DNA from: Octopus sinensis
Lineage: Eukaryota
Reading direction: 5' to 3'
DNA length: 47,869 bases
Assembly: GCF_006345805.1 (NCBI RefSeq)
Contig: NW_021834570.1
Coordinates: forward strand, 1-47,869
Position numbers and translations under genes: made by a program. Shown here one piece after another: positions 22,535 to 35,869 of the stretch. Under the pieces are notes generated by a model. The model had not been told where the DNA came from, did not search any database, and worked only from the letters and a program-made list of their open reading frames with translations. Position 1 is the stretch's first letter. Each line of letters begins with the position of its first letter.

Positions 22535-22900
22535 GTACTGGGAGAACAAGAAACGGAACGAAGCGAATGAATCGAATCGTGCCTTCGAAACACGCTGGAG
22601 CCGAACTAGTGACAGCTGATGATAGGGGATTTTTCCTTGTGTGGTGTGTCCTGTGCTCTGTTTTTTCTGTTGTGAAAAAATGGTTTTTCCGTTTTCGTTT
22701 CTCGTTGGGTTCTGCGTCTTTGTCTTTCTGTTGTGGAGAGATGGTTTTTCCGTTTTCGTTTTTCGTTCCTCGTTGGGTTCTGCGTCTGGTTGTGGTGTCC
22801 TGTACTCACGTATATATATTTATATATGCATGTATATATACATGTAAATGTAGGTACGTACATATATGTTTGTATGTATGCATATATTTTATTTATTACA
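22530..22900 (+). mobile_element. TA-targeted repeat family with internal duplication of about 62 bp
   Basis: Shares ccttcgaa..gac.gctga.ga..gggattttt..gtgtcctgta..gtaggtacgtacatatatgttt with 27540-27835; partial reverse copy at 37645-37740. Confidence 0.6.
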
Positions 22901-22901
22901 C

Positions 22902-22933
<32 letters not shown>

Positions 22934-23039
22934 CAACAGGTCCTTTTTAAGTGGCACTGCCACCTGAAAAGACAAGCCTGTAATGGTAGAAGACCATGGT
23001 TTTATTTAGATTGACACATCCTAACACATCTTATCAAGC

Positions 23040-23275
23040 ACAATAAATCGCCAAACTCGTCTGGCCCCTTATTTCCTAGATGAGACCCAGCATCCGTAGA
23101 TCTGTTTTCACCACTTCGTCCCACATCTTCTACCGGTACCCTCCACAATTAGAGCTCGGCATTTCCTTATGCAGCTCTCCTCGTCCATACACATCAGATG
23201 GCCAAGCTAGCGCAGTCTCCTCTCACTTGCACACAACAGCTGATGCCTCTTACACCCAGTTTTTCTCTTAAATCA
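23040..23275 (-). pseudogene. Decayed RTE-clade LINE ORF 3' fragment
   Basis: The minus strand translates, across a frameshift and stop, to LREKLGVRGISCCVQ / ERRLR*LGHLMCMDEESCIRKCRALIVEG, matching the RRLRW.GH..RM motif of the RTE C-terminal region. Confidence 0.75.
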
Positions 23276-23484
23276 TTTTACACCCTTCCTAATGCCAGCC
23301 ACTTTACAGCTTGTACTGGCTACTTTTTTGCTATGACACAGGCAATATATACTTTGCAAGACAGGCAATATATACTTTGCAATTCAGACTGCAAGACCAG
23401 ACCCTCGACTGAGGCAGTGGTGGAGTATTATAGTTGGAGCTAACTTCATGCCAAGTGGTAAGTGGTTAAAGAGTTTTAAAGAGC

Positions 23485-23890
23485 AGGCGGCAAGCTAGCA
23501 CAGACGTTAGCGCGCCAGACGAAATGCTTAGTGATATTTCGTCTGCCGTTACATTCTGAGTTCAAATTCCACCGAGGTCGACTTTGCCTCTCATCCTTTC
23601 GGAGTTGATTAAATAAGTACCAGTTACGCACTGGGGTCAATATAATCGACTTAATCCATTGGTCTGTCCTTGTTTGTCCTCGCTCTGTTTAGCCCCTTGT
23701 GGGTTGTAAAGAAATAGGTATTTCGTCTGCCGCTACATTCTGAGTTCAAATTCCACCGAGGTCGACTTTGCCTTTCATCCGTTTGGTGGTCGATAAATTA
23801 AGTACCAGTTACGCACTGGGGTCAATATAATCGACTTAATCCATTTGTCCCTTCTGTGTTTAGCCCCTTGTGGGTAGTAAAGAAATAGGT
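23485..23890 (+). mobile_element. SINE family B with two tandem body units
   Basis: One head, then the unit tatttcgtctgccg..tagtaaagaaataggta twice (23535 and 23719). Confidence 0.9.
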
Positions 23891-24954
23891 AAGCGGTTAA
23901 AGAGTTTTTGAGGGGTAGAAACAAGTGTCTTTGCTTTAGAGGTGATACATTGCTACCCCGTTTGCACACATCTATTTTTGGTTAACAATGTTGATAGCCA
24001 TTCTATTCATCAGGGACCATACTTCAGGTTCTAGGATATAAAAAAACACCCATTTTAAAAGAGTTAATTAAAGAATAACAAAAAATAAAGAAAAACTAAA
24101 ACCCCCAAAACCTGTTGTTAGAATTTTTGTTAAAGAAACTTTTTATTCAGTAATTTTCCAAGCGCCAGCTTTATAATTACTGGGGAAATATGTTCGTTAT
24201 TTAACTAAATCCCTCCGAAATTGTTGATTATTTTAAAGAAACAAAACCAAAGGAAAATGAATGGAGAGCGAAAAAAAATTAATTGAAACGCGTAATTGAA
24301 ACGCATTGAGAATATAATCACGAAATAGGTTAAAAATATCGCTCGATTATTTTACTTGCAGTTAAGCATGCATATTTTCTGTTGCTCGTTTAAAAAGAGC
24401 TAAAATAATTAAATAGATATGTAAATATTTGTACTAGTACGATACAGCTGGTGTTACCGCATTGATTTAACTAAAACAGGTGAATTATTTAACCATTCCG
24501 TGACTCTATTTCCAATGAAATGCACTGTTTACCTTGTGTGTGTTTCGGTAATTAGTTTTTGAAAAACAATCAAGAATTTCGGAGAGGTTTTTTTTTTAGA
24601 GAGAAAAAAAAAATCTAGTAAAAATAACTTAATTTTGTCATTATTGTGTGCGGGTGTTTGGAATGTAGCTCGATGAAAAAAGGTTCAAAGATTCTTGGAT
24701 TAATAGAATGATAGAAGGTTTTAATTTAAATATGGGATGCTTTATTATTAGAAGTTTGGTATCAAAAGAATCAGTGGTGGTGGTCGTGGCTGTGATGGTG
24801 GTTGCAAATGGATTGCTCTCAGAGCAGTTTTCTTTTCCTATGCTAATAAGCACAAACTCCACACACAACTAATGCACACAAAATCTGTGTATCATCATCA
24901 TCAGCATCATCATCATCAATACCATTAATGTCCGTTTTTCATGCTGGTATTTCT

Positions 24955-25188
24955 GCGAGCTGGCAGAAACATTAGCACGTCGGACGAAATGCTAAGCAGT
25001 ATTTCGTCTGCCGCTACGTTCTGAGTTCAAATTCCGCCGAGGTCGACTTTGCCTTTCATCCTTTCGGGGTCGATAAATTAAGTACCAGTTACGCACTGGG
25101 GGTCGGTGTAATCGACTTAATCCGTTTGTCTGTCCTTGTTTGTCCTCTCTGTGTTTAGCCCCTTGTGGGTAGTAAAGAAATAGGTATT
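24955..25188 (+). mobile_element. SINE family B, monomer
   Basis: Head gcgagctggcagaaacattagc; body ccgaggtcgactttgcctttcatcctttcggggtcgataaattaagtacc; tail gtaaagaaataggtatt. Confidence 0.9.
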
Positions 25189-25311
25189 TGTTGGACGGTT
25201 TGGCCAGAGCCAGCAAGCTAGATTAAACAACATTCTTTGTTCCAAAACACTACAATTGTTTCTACACATCGTTACTCTTGAGTGTAACATTGGTGAGATG
25301 ATATGATTAAT

Positions 25312-25692
25312 AGGTGTATGAGTGGCTCTGTGGTAAGTAGCTTGCTTACCAACCACATGGTTCTGGGTTCAGTCCCACTGCGTGGCACCTTGGGCAAGTG
25401 TCTTCTACTATAGCCTCAGGCCGACCAAAGCCTTGTGAGTGGATTTGGTAGACGGAAACTGAAAGAAGCCCATCGTATATATGTATATATATGTGTTTGT
25501 GTTTGACCCCCACCAACATCGCTTGACAACCGATGCTGGTGTGTTTACATCCCCGTAATTTAGCGGTTCGGTAAAAGAGACCAATAGACTAAGTATTAGG
25601 CTTACAAAGAATAAGTCCTGGGGTCAATTTGCTCAACTAAAAGGCGGTGCACCAGCATGGCCACAGTCAAAGGACTGAAACGAGTAAAAGAG
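25312..25692 (+). mobile_element. SINE family A
   Basis: Full match to the family. Confidence 0.9.
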
Positions 25693-26199
25693 AGAGAGTA
25701 AGCCAAAAACAAAAAAAAAATAGATTGAATGACTGTGAGGGCTCACCCAAGAAAAATAGGGATCAGGAAGATCCACTGGTAGGAAGTGGCTGAGAACCAC
25801 TGAACAGAACCCTTTCTTTTAAGGTGGTGCCCCAGCTTGGCCGCGGTCCAGTGACTGCAACAAGTAAAAAGCAGAAGCAAAAAAATACAGACAGGGTGTT
25901 TATATCTGTTTCGAGTTTTGATTCTCCGATCAAGTCTGCTACCTATTATTCATTGTTCTTTCCCCAACCCTTCCAACACATCCACGACCACCACCATCAA
26001 CCAATCTCCTATTATGTTGTTCTGTTTTGTTGTTGTTTTTTTTTGTGCTGGTAGTTGGTGCATTTCTGGTGCAGCCATATGACGGGGGAAATGGAATCGA
26101 TACGGAAAGATGTCGATTGTTGTTGTTTTGTTATTGAACGATGCAGGCACCCCTCTCGATACGTTGGAGGAGACTCTTGAATGCACTGCCAAAAGTTGA

Positions 26200-26412
26200 A
26201 TGGGAACACGTATAAGACATACGTATATATATATATATATCTACATATACAGTGTTTGTGTGTGTGTGTGTGTGCATATATATATACATACATACACACA
26301 CATAAATATAGTGAGAGTGTGTGTGTATATATATATATACACAACACACACACATAAATATAGTGTGTGTGTGTATGTGTGTATATATATGTGTGTGTGT
26401 GAGGTGTGTGTC

Positions 26413-26444
<32 letters not shown>

Positions 26445-26573
26445 CATAACTATAGTGTGTGTGTGTGTCTATATATAATATACACACACACACAGACATA
26501 CATATAGTGAGTGTGTGTATGTCTGTGTATATACATATATATATATATACACATATATACACACATAAATATA

Positions 26574-26615
<42 letters not shown>

Positions 26616-26785
26616 ATATACACACACGTTTGTAGTGCATGTATGTGAGTGTGTGTCTGTGTACTACACACACACACATGTACTACATATATTAGATACA
26701 ATGCCTTATATATATGTGTGTGTGTGTGTGTATGTATATATATAATATATATATAATATGTATATATAATATATATATATATATA

Positions 26786-26826
<41 letters not shown>

Positions 26827-26860
26827 ATATAATATAAATTTCATATATTTTATGCATACA
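26200..26860. repeat. Compound (TA)/(CA)/(TG) microsatellite with a recurring cataaatatagtg unit
   Basis: Direct inspection. Confidence 0.9.
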
Positions 26861-27539
26861 TGATGTTTTGGGTATAAATATGTGTAAGAAAGGGAGGAAG
26901 AGAGAGAATGAGAGCTACAATCACACATCTGCATATATATATGTATACACACACACTCACACTTATATATAAATACATACACACATATACATAAACGTAT
27001 GTACTGATTAAAAAAACGGAATATGAAGAAGTGAGGACAAAACGTTAATGGAAATAACAATTGAAGGAAAAGAAAAAAAACAAAACAACCGAAAAAATAC
27101 CCCCCCCCCCAAAAAAAAAATAAATAAAAGGAAGCAAAAATGAGCAAAAGAATGAAATGTTATATAGATCAGAGTCTGTATATATAAAATATCATTGTGT
27201 TTGAATGAGTGTGAGAACAAGAAAATACCTAACAACCCCAAAATTTTTTGATTAATATAATTGTTAGGTGTTTTGGTAGAAGGGTTAAATTTGAAACGAA
27301 TGCAGTTGTTTACCAGAGAATTAGGGTGAAAACAATGTAATATATATATATAGCGTTTGCAATACTTTTTTCGTCTGGCGTTAACAGCCCTTCTTATCTT
27401 GTTCTCCTTGTCCTGTCTCTCACTGTTATATTTTTATTTTTCCACTGTTTATATATATATTTTTTACTGTTTATATGTTTGTACTGTCGTTAACCGTCTT
27501 GCTTTTTTACCCCTCTGCGAAAAGATCTCAGAATTTAAT

Positions 27540-27835
27540 TGATTTGCTTTTCGCAGGAAGGAAGTTTCCTTCGAAGTATACGTCTCGCTTTTATCCTTCG
27601 AACGTTTAGTAGATGAAACCTTAGCGACTGAAGAAGGGATTTTTCGTTGTGCTTATGTCCTGTATCTCTCTTTTTTTTTTTTTTTTGCTTGTCTTTTCCT
27701 TGGTTTGTGTCTATGTGTTTCCTATGTGTTCGACGTCTTGTGGTGTCCTGTAACACATATATGCGTGTTATATGTACATGTATAGGTAGGTACGTACATA
27801 TATGTTTATATATGCATATGTTCTATTTTATTAAC
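27540..27835 (+). mobile_element. TA-targeted repeat family (relative of 22530-22900)
   Basis: Shared motifs as listed for 22530-22900. Confidence 0.55.
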
Positions 27836-28021
27836 ATATATATATATATATATATCATACATGCATATGTGTGTATGTTATATGTATGTTCTAAAACATG
27901 CAGATGTGCATATATATATATATTATTATATATATATATATATTAAATCATTTTTAATTTTATCTAGTTTCAGCTCATAAGCTTTGGCCAGGCTGGATCA
28001 CCGCCATATATATATATTCTT

Positions 28022-28408
28022 TTTTTACTCTTTTACTTGTTTCAGTCATTTGACTGTGGCCATGCTGGAGCACCGCCTTTAGTCGAGCAAATCGACCCCC
28101 CAGGACTTGTTCCTTTGTAAGCCTAGTACTTATTCTATCGATTTCTTTTGCCGAACCGCTAAGTTACGGGGACGTAAACACACCAGCATCGGTTGTCAAG
28201 CGATGTTGGTGGGACAAACATATAGATGCACACACATATATATACATATATACGACGGGCTTCTTTCAGTTTCCGTCTACCAAATCTACTCACAAGGCTT
28301 TGGTTGACCCAAGGCTATAGTAGAAGACACTTGCCCAAGGTGCCACGCAGTAGGACTGAAGCCAGAACCACGTGGTTAGTAAACAAGCTACTTACCACAC
28401 AGCCACTA
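28022..28408 (-). mobile_element. SINE family A
   Basis: Reverse complement of the family consensus. Confidence 0.9.
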
Positions 28409-28465
<57 letters not shown>

Positions 28466-28999
28466 CACACATGTAGTTGTTTACCATAGCCGTGTTGAAA
28501 ACAATGAAATATATATGCTTGTGAAAATGCATATAATACAAGTATACATATCTATATCTGCATTATGTTATATGAACTTGTACATACTGAGGAACACAGG
28601 GACCACACAGACGTATATATATGCACATGTGTGTATGTGTGTATTCATTGTATGAGAGTCTCCTCAACTTTCCAATAAAATATCACACAATTATGGCTTA
28701 GCCATTGTAATGTGTTTGTGTGTGCCTCTGCATATGTGGCTGTATTTGTATATACAAATCCATCTGTCTGTCTGTCTATCTTTCTATCGATCCATCTCTA
28801 TCTGTTAGCTGACCAAGCCAAATTCTCATATAAACAGTGGTATTTGTTTGACACAGGCTAATGATGGATCATTAGTATGATTTATAAATATAGACCATTC
28901 AACAGGCTTCCATATAGTTTCCTTCTCTCCAATTTTACTCAGAAGAGGAATTGGCTGACAGTGGCTATATACAACGTTCCATATATATACATATGTATA

Positions 29000-29315
29000 T
29001 GTGAAGGTGCATGTCTCAGTGGTTAGAGTGTCAAGCTTACAATCATGGGGTGAGCTCGAATCCCGGACCGGGCTGCATGTTGTGTTCTTGAGCAAGACAC
29101 TTTATTTCACGTTGCTCCAGTTCACTCAGCTGTAGAAATGAGTTCTGACGTCACAGGTGTCAAGCTGTATCGGCCCTTTTGCCTTTCCCTTGGATAACAC
29201 TGGTGGCATGAAGAGGGGAGGCCGGTATGCATGGGCGACTGCTGGTCTTCCATAAACAACCTTGCCCAGACTTGTGCCTGGGAGGGTAACTTCTTAGGTG
29301 CAATCCCATGGTCAT
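29000..29315 (+). mobile_element. SINE family C-related
   Basis: tRNA-like head gtctcagtggttagagtg..ctcgaatcccgg; body ttcttgagcaagacactttatttcacgttgctccagttcactcagctgtagaaatgag. Confidence 0.75.
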
Positions 29316-29324
29316 ATATATATG

Positions 29325-29482
29325 CTGACTTTCTTTCAATTTCTGTCCACTAAATCCACTCACAAGGCTATGGTCTGCCTGGGGCTATAGTAGAAGACGC
29401 TTTCTCAAGGGGCCATGCGGTGGGGGAATTGAACCGGGGACCACATGGCTGGGAAGCAAACTTTCTACACAGGCACAGTTGT
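29325..29482 (-). mobile_element. SINE family A, 5' half
   Basis: Reverse complement of the head and body. Confidence 0.75.
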
Positions 29483-30565
29483 GCCGTGGAAAAACAAACC
29501 AAGACAAAAAATAGAAAAAGAACAAAAAAGACCCCCCCCCCCCAAAGAAACCCAAAAAGCAGTTTCCATTGAATTTTTATGAGAAGACTGGTAGAATCCA
29601 CTTCTGTGAATCTAAGAAAATTCTTCAGTAATTGTAAAATAATCCGAAATATTTCTATAATATCTGAAAGGATTACATATATATAATCTTCAATTGCTGA
29701 CAACAAACACTAGAGTGTTGTGTGCTTTCAGAGAAATTGCCAAAGTCTTTTATTCTGTAATATTTCATTCTATTTTATTTCATTGTATTCTTATATTTTT
29801 GCCTCCTTTTCTTTTGCTTTTAATTCAAGCAACAATGGCAAAGGAATCTAACATCTACAACAAACCATTTCTCTAAAACTTCCATTGTTTAACGCCATTT
29901 CTCTTCTGTTCTGTCCTGCATTATAGTTAAGCAGTTCTCATGTCGGTAATGAAGAGTTAGAAACGGTGCTTTGAATGCAGTGTTTTGTTCTTAAACACAT
30001 TTATTTACCTTCTCTTTCTCTGTGCATTGTGCTTTATATTCATAAGCTCTCGCTAAATGCGCTGGTTTTATGCTAAGAATGGAACACAGCAAGCTACAAG
30101 ACCTCTGCAATAAATCTACCTAGTTTTGCTTAAATCTGCTAAAATATTGCTTCACTTTGGGCTTCTATTCTTCCATTACCGTTGACATTGCCAGTAATGG
30201 CTCGTACATCATCGTCGTCGTCATCGTCATGATTTAATGTTCGCTTTTCCGTGCATGTGAGGGTTGGATAAAATTTGTTGAGCTCAATGTTCTACAGCCT
30301 GATGCCTTTCCTGTTGCTAACCCTCACCTGTTTCCATTTAAAAGTTATGTTCCCCATGACCAGACATGATTCCATGGACGATTGGCAATAATGGACATGG
30401 CTTGCATTACAAAGACATTCATTTGCAACAATTACATAAAACCAAAGCAAGGAGACAGTTTTACACACACACACACACACACTTTTTTTTATGGTCAAGT
30501 CCGAACCTGGGCCTTTCTCTCTTTTAACTTAGTACTGATAGGGGTCGTAATATATATATATATAT

Positions 30566-30918
30566 ACTCTTTTACGCTTTTTTGACTGTGGCCATGCTGG
30601 AGCACCGCCTTTAGTCGAGCAAATCGACCCCAGGACTTATTCTTTGTAAGCCTAATACTTATTCTATCGGTCTCTTTTGCCAAATTGCTAAGTTACGGGG
30701 ACATAAACACACTAGCATCGGTTGTCAAGCGATGTTTGGGGGACAGACACGAATACATACACACACATATTTGACGGGCTTCTTTCTGTTTCCATCTACC
30801 AAATCCACTCACAACGCTTTGGTCAGCCCGAGGCTATAGTAGAAGACACTTACCGAAGGTGCCATGCAGTGGGACTGAACCTGGAACCATGTGGTTGGTA
30901 AACCACACAGCCACTCCT
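30566..30918 (-). mobile_element. SINE family A
   Basis: Reverse complement of the family consensus. Confidence 0.9.
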
Positions 30919-30987
30919 ATGCCTATCCCAAAGGGCTTTTTTTTTAACCCCAATATTTACCTGCTGCTATTATTCATACCTTTGTGT

Positions 30988-31155
30988 AAGGTGGTGAGCT
31001 GGCAGAATTGTTAGCATGCTGGACAAAATCCGTTCTGAGTTCAAATTCCACTGAGGTCAACTTTGCCTTTCATCCTTTTGGGGTCAATAAAAGAAGCACC
31101 AATGGAGCACTGGGGTTGATGTAATTGACGTACCCCTTCCCTTGAAATTGCTGTT
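30988..31155 (+). mobile_element. SINE family B-related
   Basis: ggtgagctggcagaattgttagc..gaggtcaactttgcctttcatcc. Confidence 0.8.
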
Positions 31156-31216
31156 AACGTATGTGTGTGTAGATACATGTATATGTATGTATGAATTTGT
31201 ATATATATATATATAT

Positions 31217-31513
31217 ACAGTTTGTTCCTTCTTGAGCTATGCCTGGCTCATAAGGGCCGGTTTCCTGGTTTCCTTTGTGTATAGGTTCCCCACCTGGATG
31301 TGATGCCATTCCGTCGCAGGTGAGCTGAAAGATGCAGGAGGAAAGAGTGAGAGAAAGTTGTGGCGAAAGAGTCAGCAGAAGTTTGCCATTACCTTCTGCT
31401 GGAGCCGCGTGGCGCTTAGGTGTTTCGCTCATGAACACACACATTGCCCATTCGAACCTCTGATCCCTCGACCACGAGTTCGCTGCTCTAACCACTAGGC
31501 CATGTGCCTCCAC
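31217..31513 (-). mobile_element. SINE family C-related
   Basis: Minus strand ggaggcacatggcctagtggttagagcagcg..gaggttcgaat (A/B-box-like); tail ccggcccttatgagcc. Confidence 0.75.
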
Positions 31514-31949
31514 GTATATATATATATATATATATTTATAGACATGCTATAAATACTGAAATAATGCATTGAAAATGCAAACGAGCTGCAAGTATAAAGT
31601 ATCCAAAAAGCGACCAACAGACAGACAAACTGAGGGAGAGAGAGTGTGTGAGAGAGTGGGGAGTGGGTAGAGAGGGATTTATATTTCTTCCATCTGTCAT
31701 TTCACACCATGAAACCAGAGCCCCAGACTGCTTCACACCGATTCTTAACAGCCCTTTCACACACACACACACACACACACACCGTAGAAGTAGATGCCGT
31801 TAATTAGTTCGTTAGCCCACCTCACCAAATCAGTGCAACAAATAATAAAGGCCTATCGTATGATGATTATCCAGGTAAATGCACAGTTATAAATAAGACT
31901 CTTCCTTTGGAACAATGGATCTCGTAGCAGATCAATAAGGATTTCAAAT

Positions 31950-32394
31950 TTTAGCACAAGGCCAGCAGTTTCTGGTGATGGGGTTTGGTGTTGGTCGATT
32001 ACATCGACCCCTTAGGTACTTATTTTGTTGACCCTCGAAAGGATGAAATTCAAGGTTGACCTCCCAATGGAATTTGAACTCAGAATGTAAAGATAAATGA
32101 AATGCTGATAAGCATTCTGCCAGCTTGCTACCTCAATAATAATAATAATAATAATAATATTAATAATAATTATAATAATCCTTTCTAGTATTGGCACAAG
32201 GCCTGAAATTTTGGGGAAGGGACTTGTTAATTACACCGACCCCAGAGTTCAACTGGTACTTATTTTATCAACCCTGAAACAATGAAAGGCAGAGTTGACC
32301 TCGGCAGGATTTGAACTCAGAACGTAAAGATGGACGAACTGGTCACTAAGCATTTCGCCTGGTGTCGTTAACAACTCTGCCAGCTTGCCACCTC

Positions 32395-32427
<33 letters not shown>

Positions 32428-32995
32428 TCTGCTCTAGGCACAAAGCATGAAATTTTGTGGGAGCAGACTAGTCGATCATATCGGCCCCAGTGTTCCATTG
32501 GAACTTAATTTACTGACCCCGAAAGGATGAAAAGCAACTTGACTCTGGCAGAATTTGAACCCAGAACATAAAGACAGATGAAATGCCTATTTTTTTTTTG
32601 CTACCCACAAGGGGCTAAACACAGAGAGAACAAACCAGGACAGACAAACGGATTAAGTTGATTACATCGACCCCAGTACGTAACTGGTACTTATTTTATT
32701 GACTCTGAAAGGATGAAAGGCAAAGTCGACCTCGGCGGAATTTGAACTCAGAACGTAACGGCAGACAAAATACCTATTTCTTTACTACCCACAAGGGTCT
32801 AAACATAGAGGGGACAAACAAGGACAGACAAACGGATTAAGTCAATTACATCGACCCCAGTACGTAACTGGTACTTATTTAATCGATCCCCAAAAGGATG
32901 AAAGGCAAAATCGATCTCGGCGGAATTTGAACTCAGAACGTAGCGGCGGACGAAATACTGCTAAGCATTTCGCCTGGCATGCTAATGATTCTGCC

Positions 32996-33000
<5 letters not shown>
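31950..33000 (-). mobile_element. Cluster of SINE family B copies, including a multimer of about three units (32450-33000)
   Basis: Repeated gaaaggatgaaaggcaaagtcgacctcggcggaatttgaactcagaacg; separated by (AAT)n. Confidence 0.85.
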
Positions 33001-33026
<26 letters not shown>

Positions 33027-33028
<2 letters not shown>

Positions 33029-33426
33029 CTCTTACTCTTTTACTCTTTTACATGATTCAGTCATTTGACTGCAGCCATGCTGGAGCACCGCCTTTAGTCG
33101 AGCAAATCGACCCCTGGACTTATTCTTTGTAAGCCCAGTATTTATTCTATTGGTCTCTTTTGCCGAACTGCTAAGTGACAGGGACGTAAACACACCAGCA
33201 TTGGCTGTCAAGCAATGCTAGGGGGACCAAAAACAGACACACAAACACATACATACATATACATATATATATATATATCAGTTTCCGTCTACCAAATCCA
33301 CTCACAAGACATTGGTCGGCCCGGGGCTATAGCAGAAGACACTTGCCCAAGATGCCATGCAGTGGGACTGAACCCGGAACCATGTGGCTGGTTAGCAAGC
33401 TACTTACCACACAGCCACTCCTGCGC
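33027..33426 (-). mobile_element. SINE family A
   Basis: Reverse complement of the family consensus. Confidence 0.9.
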
Positions 33427-33849
33427 CCTAGTAATAAAATATATATATATATAATGTTCATAAAGTGTTCCCTTGTTGGAATAGAAACGTTTATGTTAGC
33501 TTGCTCTTAGCATCTTACATTGGTTGTGAAGAATATGAACTTTCAGTCTTTGATGCCGATACCAGATGCTGTCAATTCCAAGGTACTTTGTGTATGTTGC
33601 AAAAATAAATTACTAGAGATTGTAGTTGAATATTCCACTAGTGCCTTACCAGTTTTGGGGGAGTTGGCAGTTTGTAGAATAAGCATGAAATAAGCCCACA
33701 GAAATTTTTTTGTGTCCCCTATTATTCAGTTCTGTTATTTGTTCTGACTTAGCAGTTTTACCGTTTTTTTGTTGTTTTTTTTTCTCTCTTCACTGTTTAG
33801 AAAAATATTTTTACACGGTCATCTGGTTTCATTTAATACCTGCATATAG

Positions 33850-34975
33850 ATGGGGTATGTGTGTCTGTATGTATATATATATGTATGTATGTATGTATGT
33901 GTGTGTGTGTTTATATATCTGTGTGTGTGTGTGTGTGTGTGTTTATATATCTGTGTGTGTGTGTGTTTATATACGTGTGTGTGTATCTGTTTGTATATGT
34001 GTGTATATGTGTTTGTATATGTGTGTGTGTTTGTATATGTGTGTGTTTGTATATGTGTGAGTGTTTGTATATGTGTGCGTGTGTTTATATATGTGTGTAT
34101 ATATGAAGTATGCACACATGTGTATATATATGTGTATATGTAAGCATGTGCATGATTGTATATGTATTCATGTGTATATGTTATGTATGTGTAATACGTG
34201 TGTGTTTGAGTATCGCTCATGTGTGTGTGCAAATGTATATATATACGTATATATGTGCATATATATAATTGTATGTATGTGTCTATATGCATATTTATGT
34301 ATGTGGATATATGTTTACATATGTAAATGTATATATGTATATATATCTATACTTACAATTCTGTAAGTATATATATTTATACATACATTAGCTTGCATTA
34401 TACATACACGCACACATATACACATGTATACATCTGTGGTGTGTATTTACATGTGTACACGTATATATGTGTATATTTTTGAGCATGCGTGTATGGGTTT
34501 ATATCTGTGTTCCATGAAGGGCTTTTTTTTTTTATATAAACAACCCTTTAACTTTCTTGGGAGACGAAGCAGATTTCAGACAGATTTCGGGGTCCACAGT
34601 AAATACCCTAGAATATTTTGGTTTTGCTTAGCTAATTGTTTTTGTCTGAGATGACAAGGCGCTGTCTTGGGTTGGCCATGGAACTCCAGTCTGTCTCTTA
34701 AATCTCTCATTCACTTTGCCTCTCTCTCTGTCTGTCTGTCTCCATCTCTCTCTCCCTCTCGCTTTTTGTCTACCTATCTGTTGGTCTGTGTGTCTGTCTA
34801 TCTCTGTCTCATTCTATCTGTTGGTCTATTTACCTATCTGTTGGTCTATCTAGATTTCTATATGTTCGTCTGTCTATCTATTATCCTTTCTATCTATCTC
34901 TGTCTATCTATCTATCCTATCCATCTATTTATCTATCTATCCATCTATTATCCTTTCTATCTGTCTGTCTATCTA

Positions 34976-35011
<36 letters not shown>

Positions 35012-35190
35012 TCTATCTATATGTCTGTCTGTCTGTCTTTCTATCTGTCTGTCTGTCTGCCTATCTTTCTATCTCTGTCTCTCTCTGTCTCTCTCTCTCT
35101 CTGTCTAACAATCTGTCAGCCCCTCTCTTTCACTTGCTCTATCCACCTACCTGTCTTTCTTGCTATCTGATTCTCTCTCTCTCTCTCTCA
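33850..35190. repeat. (TG/TA)n then (TCTA/TCTG)n low-complexity tracts
   Basis: Direct inspection. Confidence 0.85.
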
Positions 35191-35869
35191 TTCTTCCACC
35201 TTTCTACATTACCATTTACCTTGTGTACACACTTCCCTCCAAGAGTCCCTGTTTCCAAGGCAACGCTTTCACCATGTGTAAACACTTCCCTCCAGGTGTT
35301 AGTTTTGTCCAAGCAGGTTTTTAACTGCCACACGTGCAAAAATAAAAGGTGCATTCCCAGCGCGTACATACAACCACATACTGCACATAGATGCACGTGT
35401 GCATATATATTTGCACAAATCAAACTAACCAGCAGGCATGCAGGTCCTTACTCTTGCATTCACACATGCTTATGCACCTTCTGTTTAGGTGGAGAGCATG
35501 CATATATGCATATATCTGTTGTGCAAGCATGCAGACCCACACCTATATGCACGTGTGCACCTACACACAATCAAGCACCTGCATGTATGCTGCATCATGC
35601 ACATATTTATATACATTGCTTGTGCCGACATGCAGACATGCATTGAGACACACATGTGCATACATGCTAACATGCCTGCATGCATGCACACACGTGCAGA
35701 CATGCATTGTAGATGTGCATGTACTTACATATTTGTACTCTCTTGTCCTGTTGTGCATCTCTTACAAAGCATTACAAGTGATTTGCCCGTCTTCTTTTTC
35801 ACGTACATAATGCACTCACATGCACACTCAATAACGCATCATATATATCGTATACACATATCGTATACA

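Noticed and set aside
22585-22640. GAAAC upstream of CTGATGA (possible type II hammerhead), also 27596-27640
   Set aside because: I could not form consistent stems I, II and III in either copy.
23535-23890. CRISPR-like or other prokaryotic array
   Set aside because: The repeats are SINE units in eukaryotic DNA with no repeat-spacer structure or cas genes.
31835-31875. Possible plus-strand mini-exon ending CCAG|GTAAAT
   Set aside because: No polypyrimidine tract, 41 nt long, and no similarity to the expected EXT1 exon 2.
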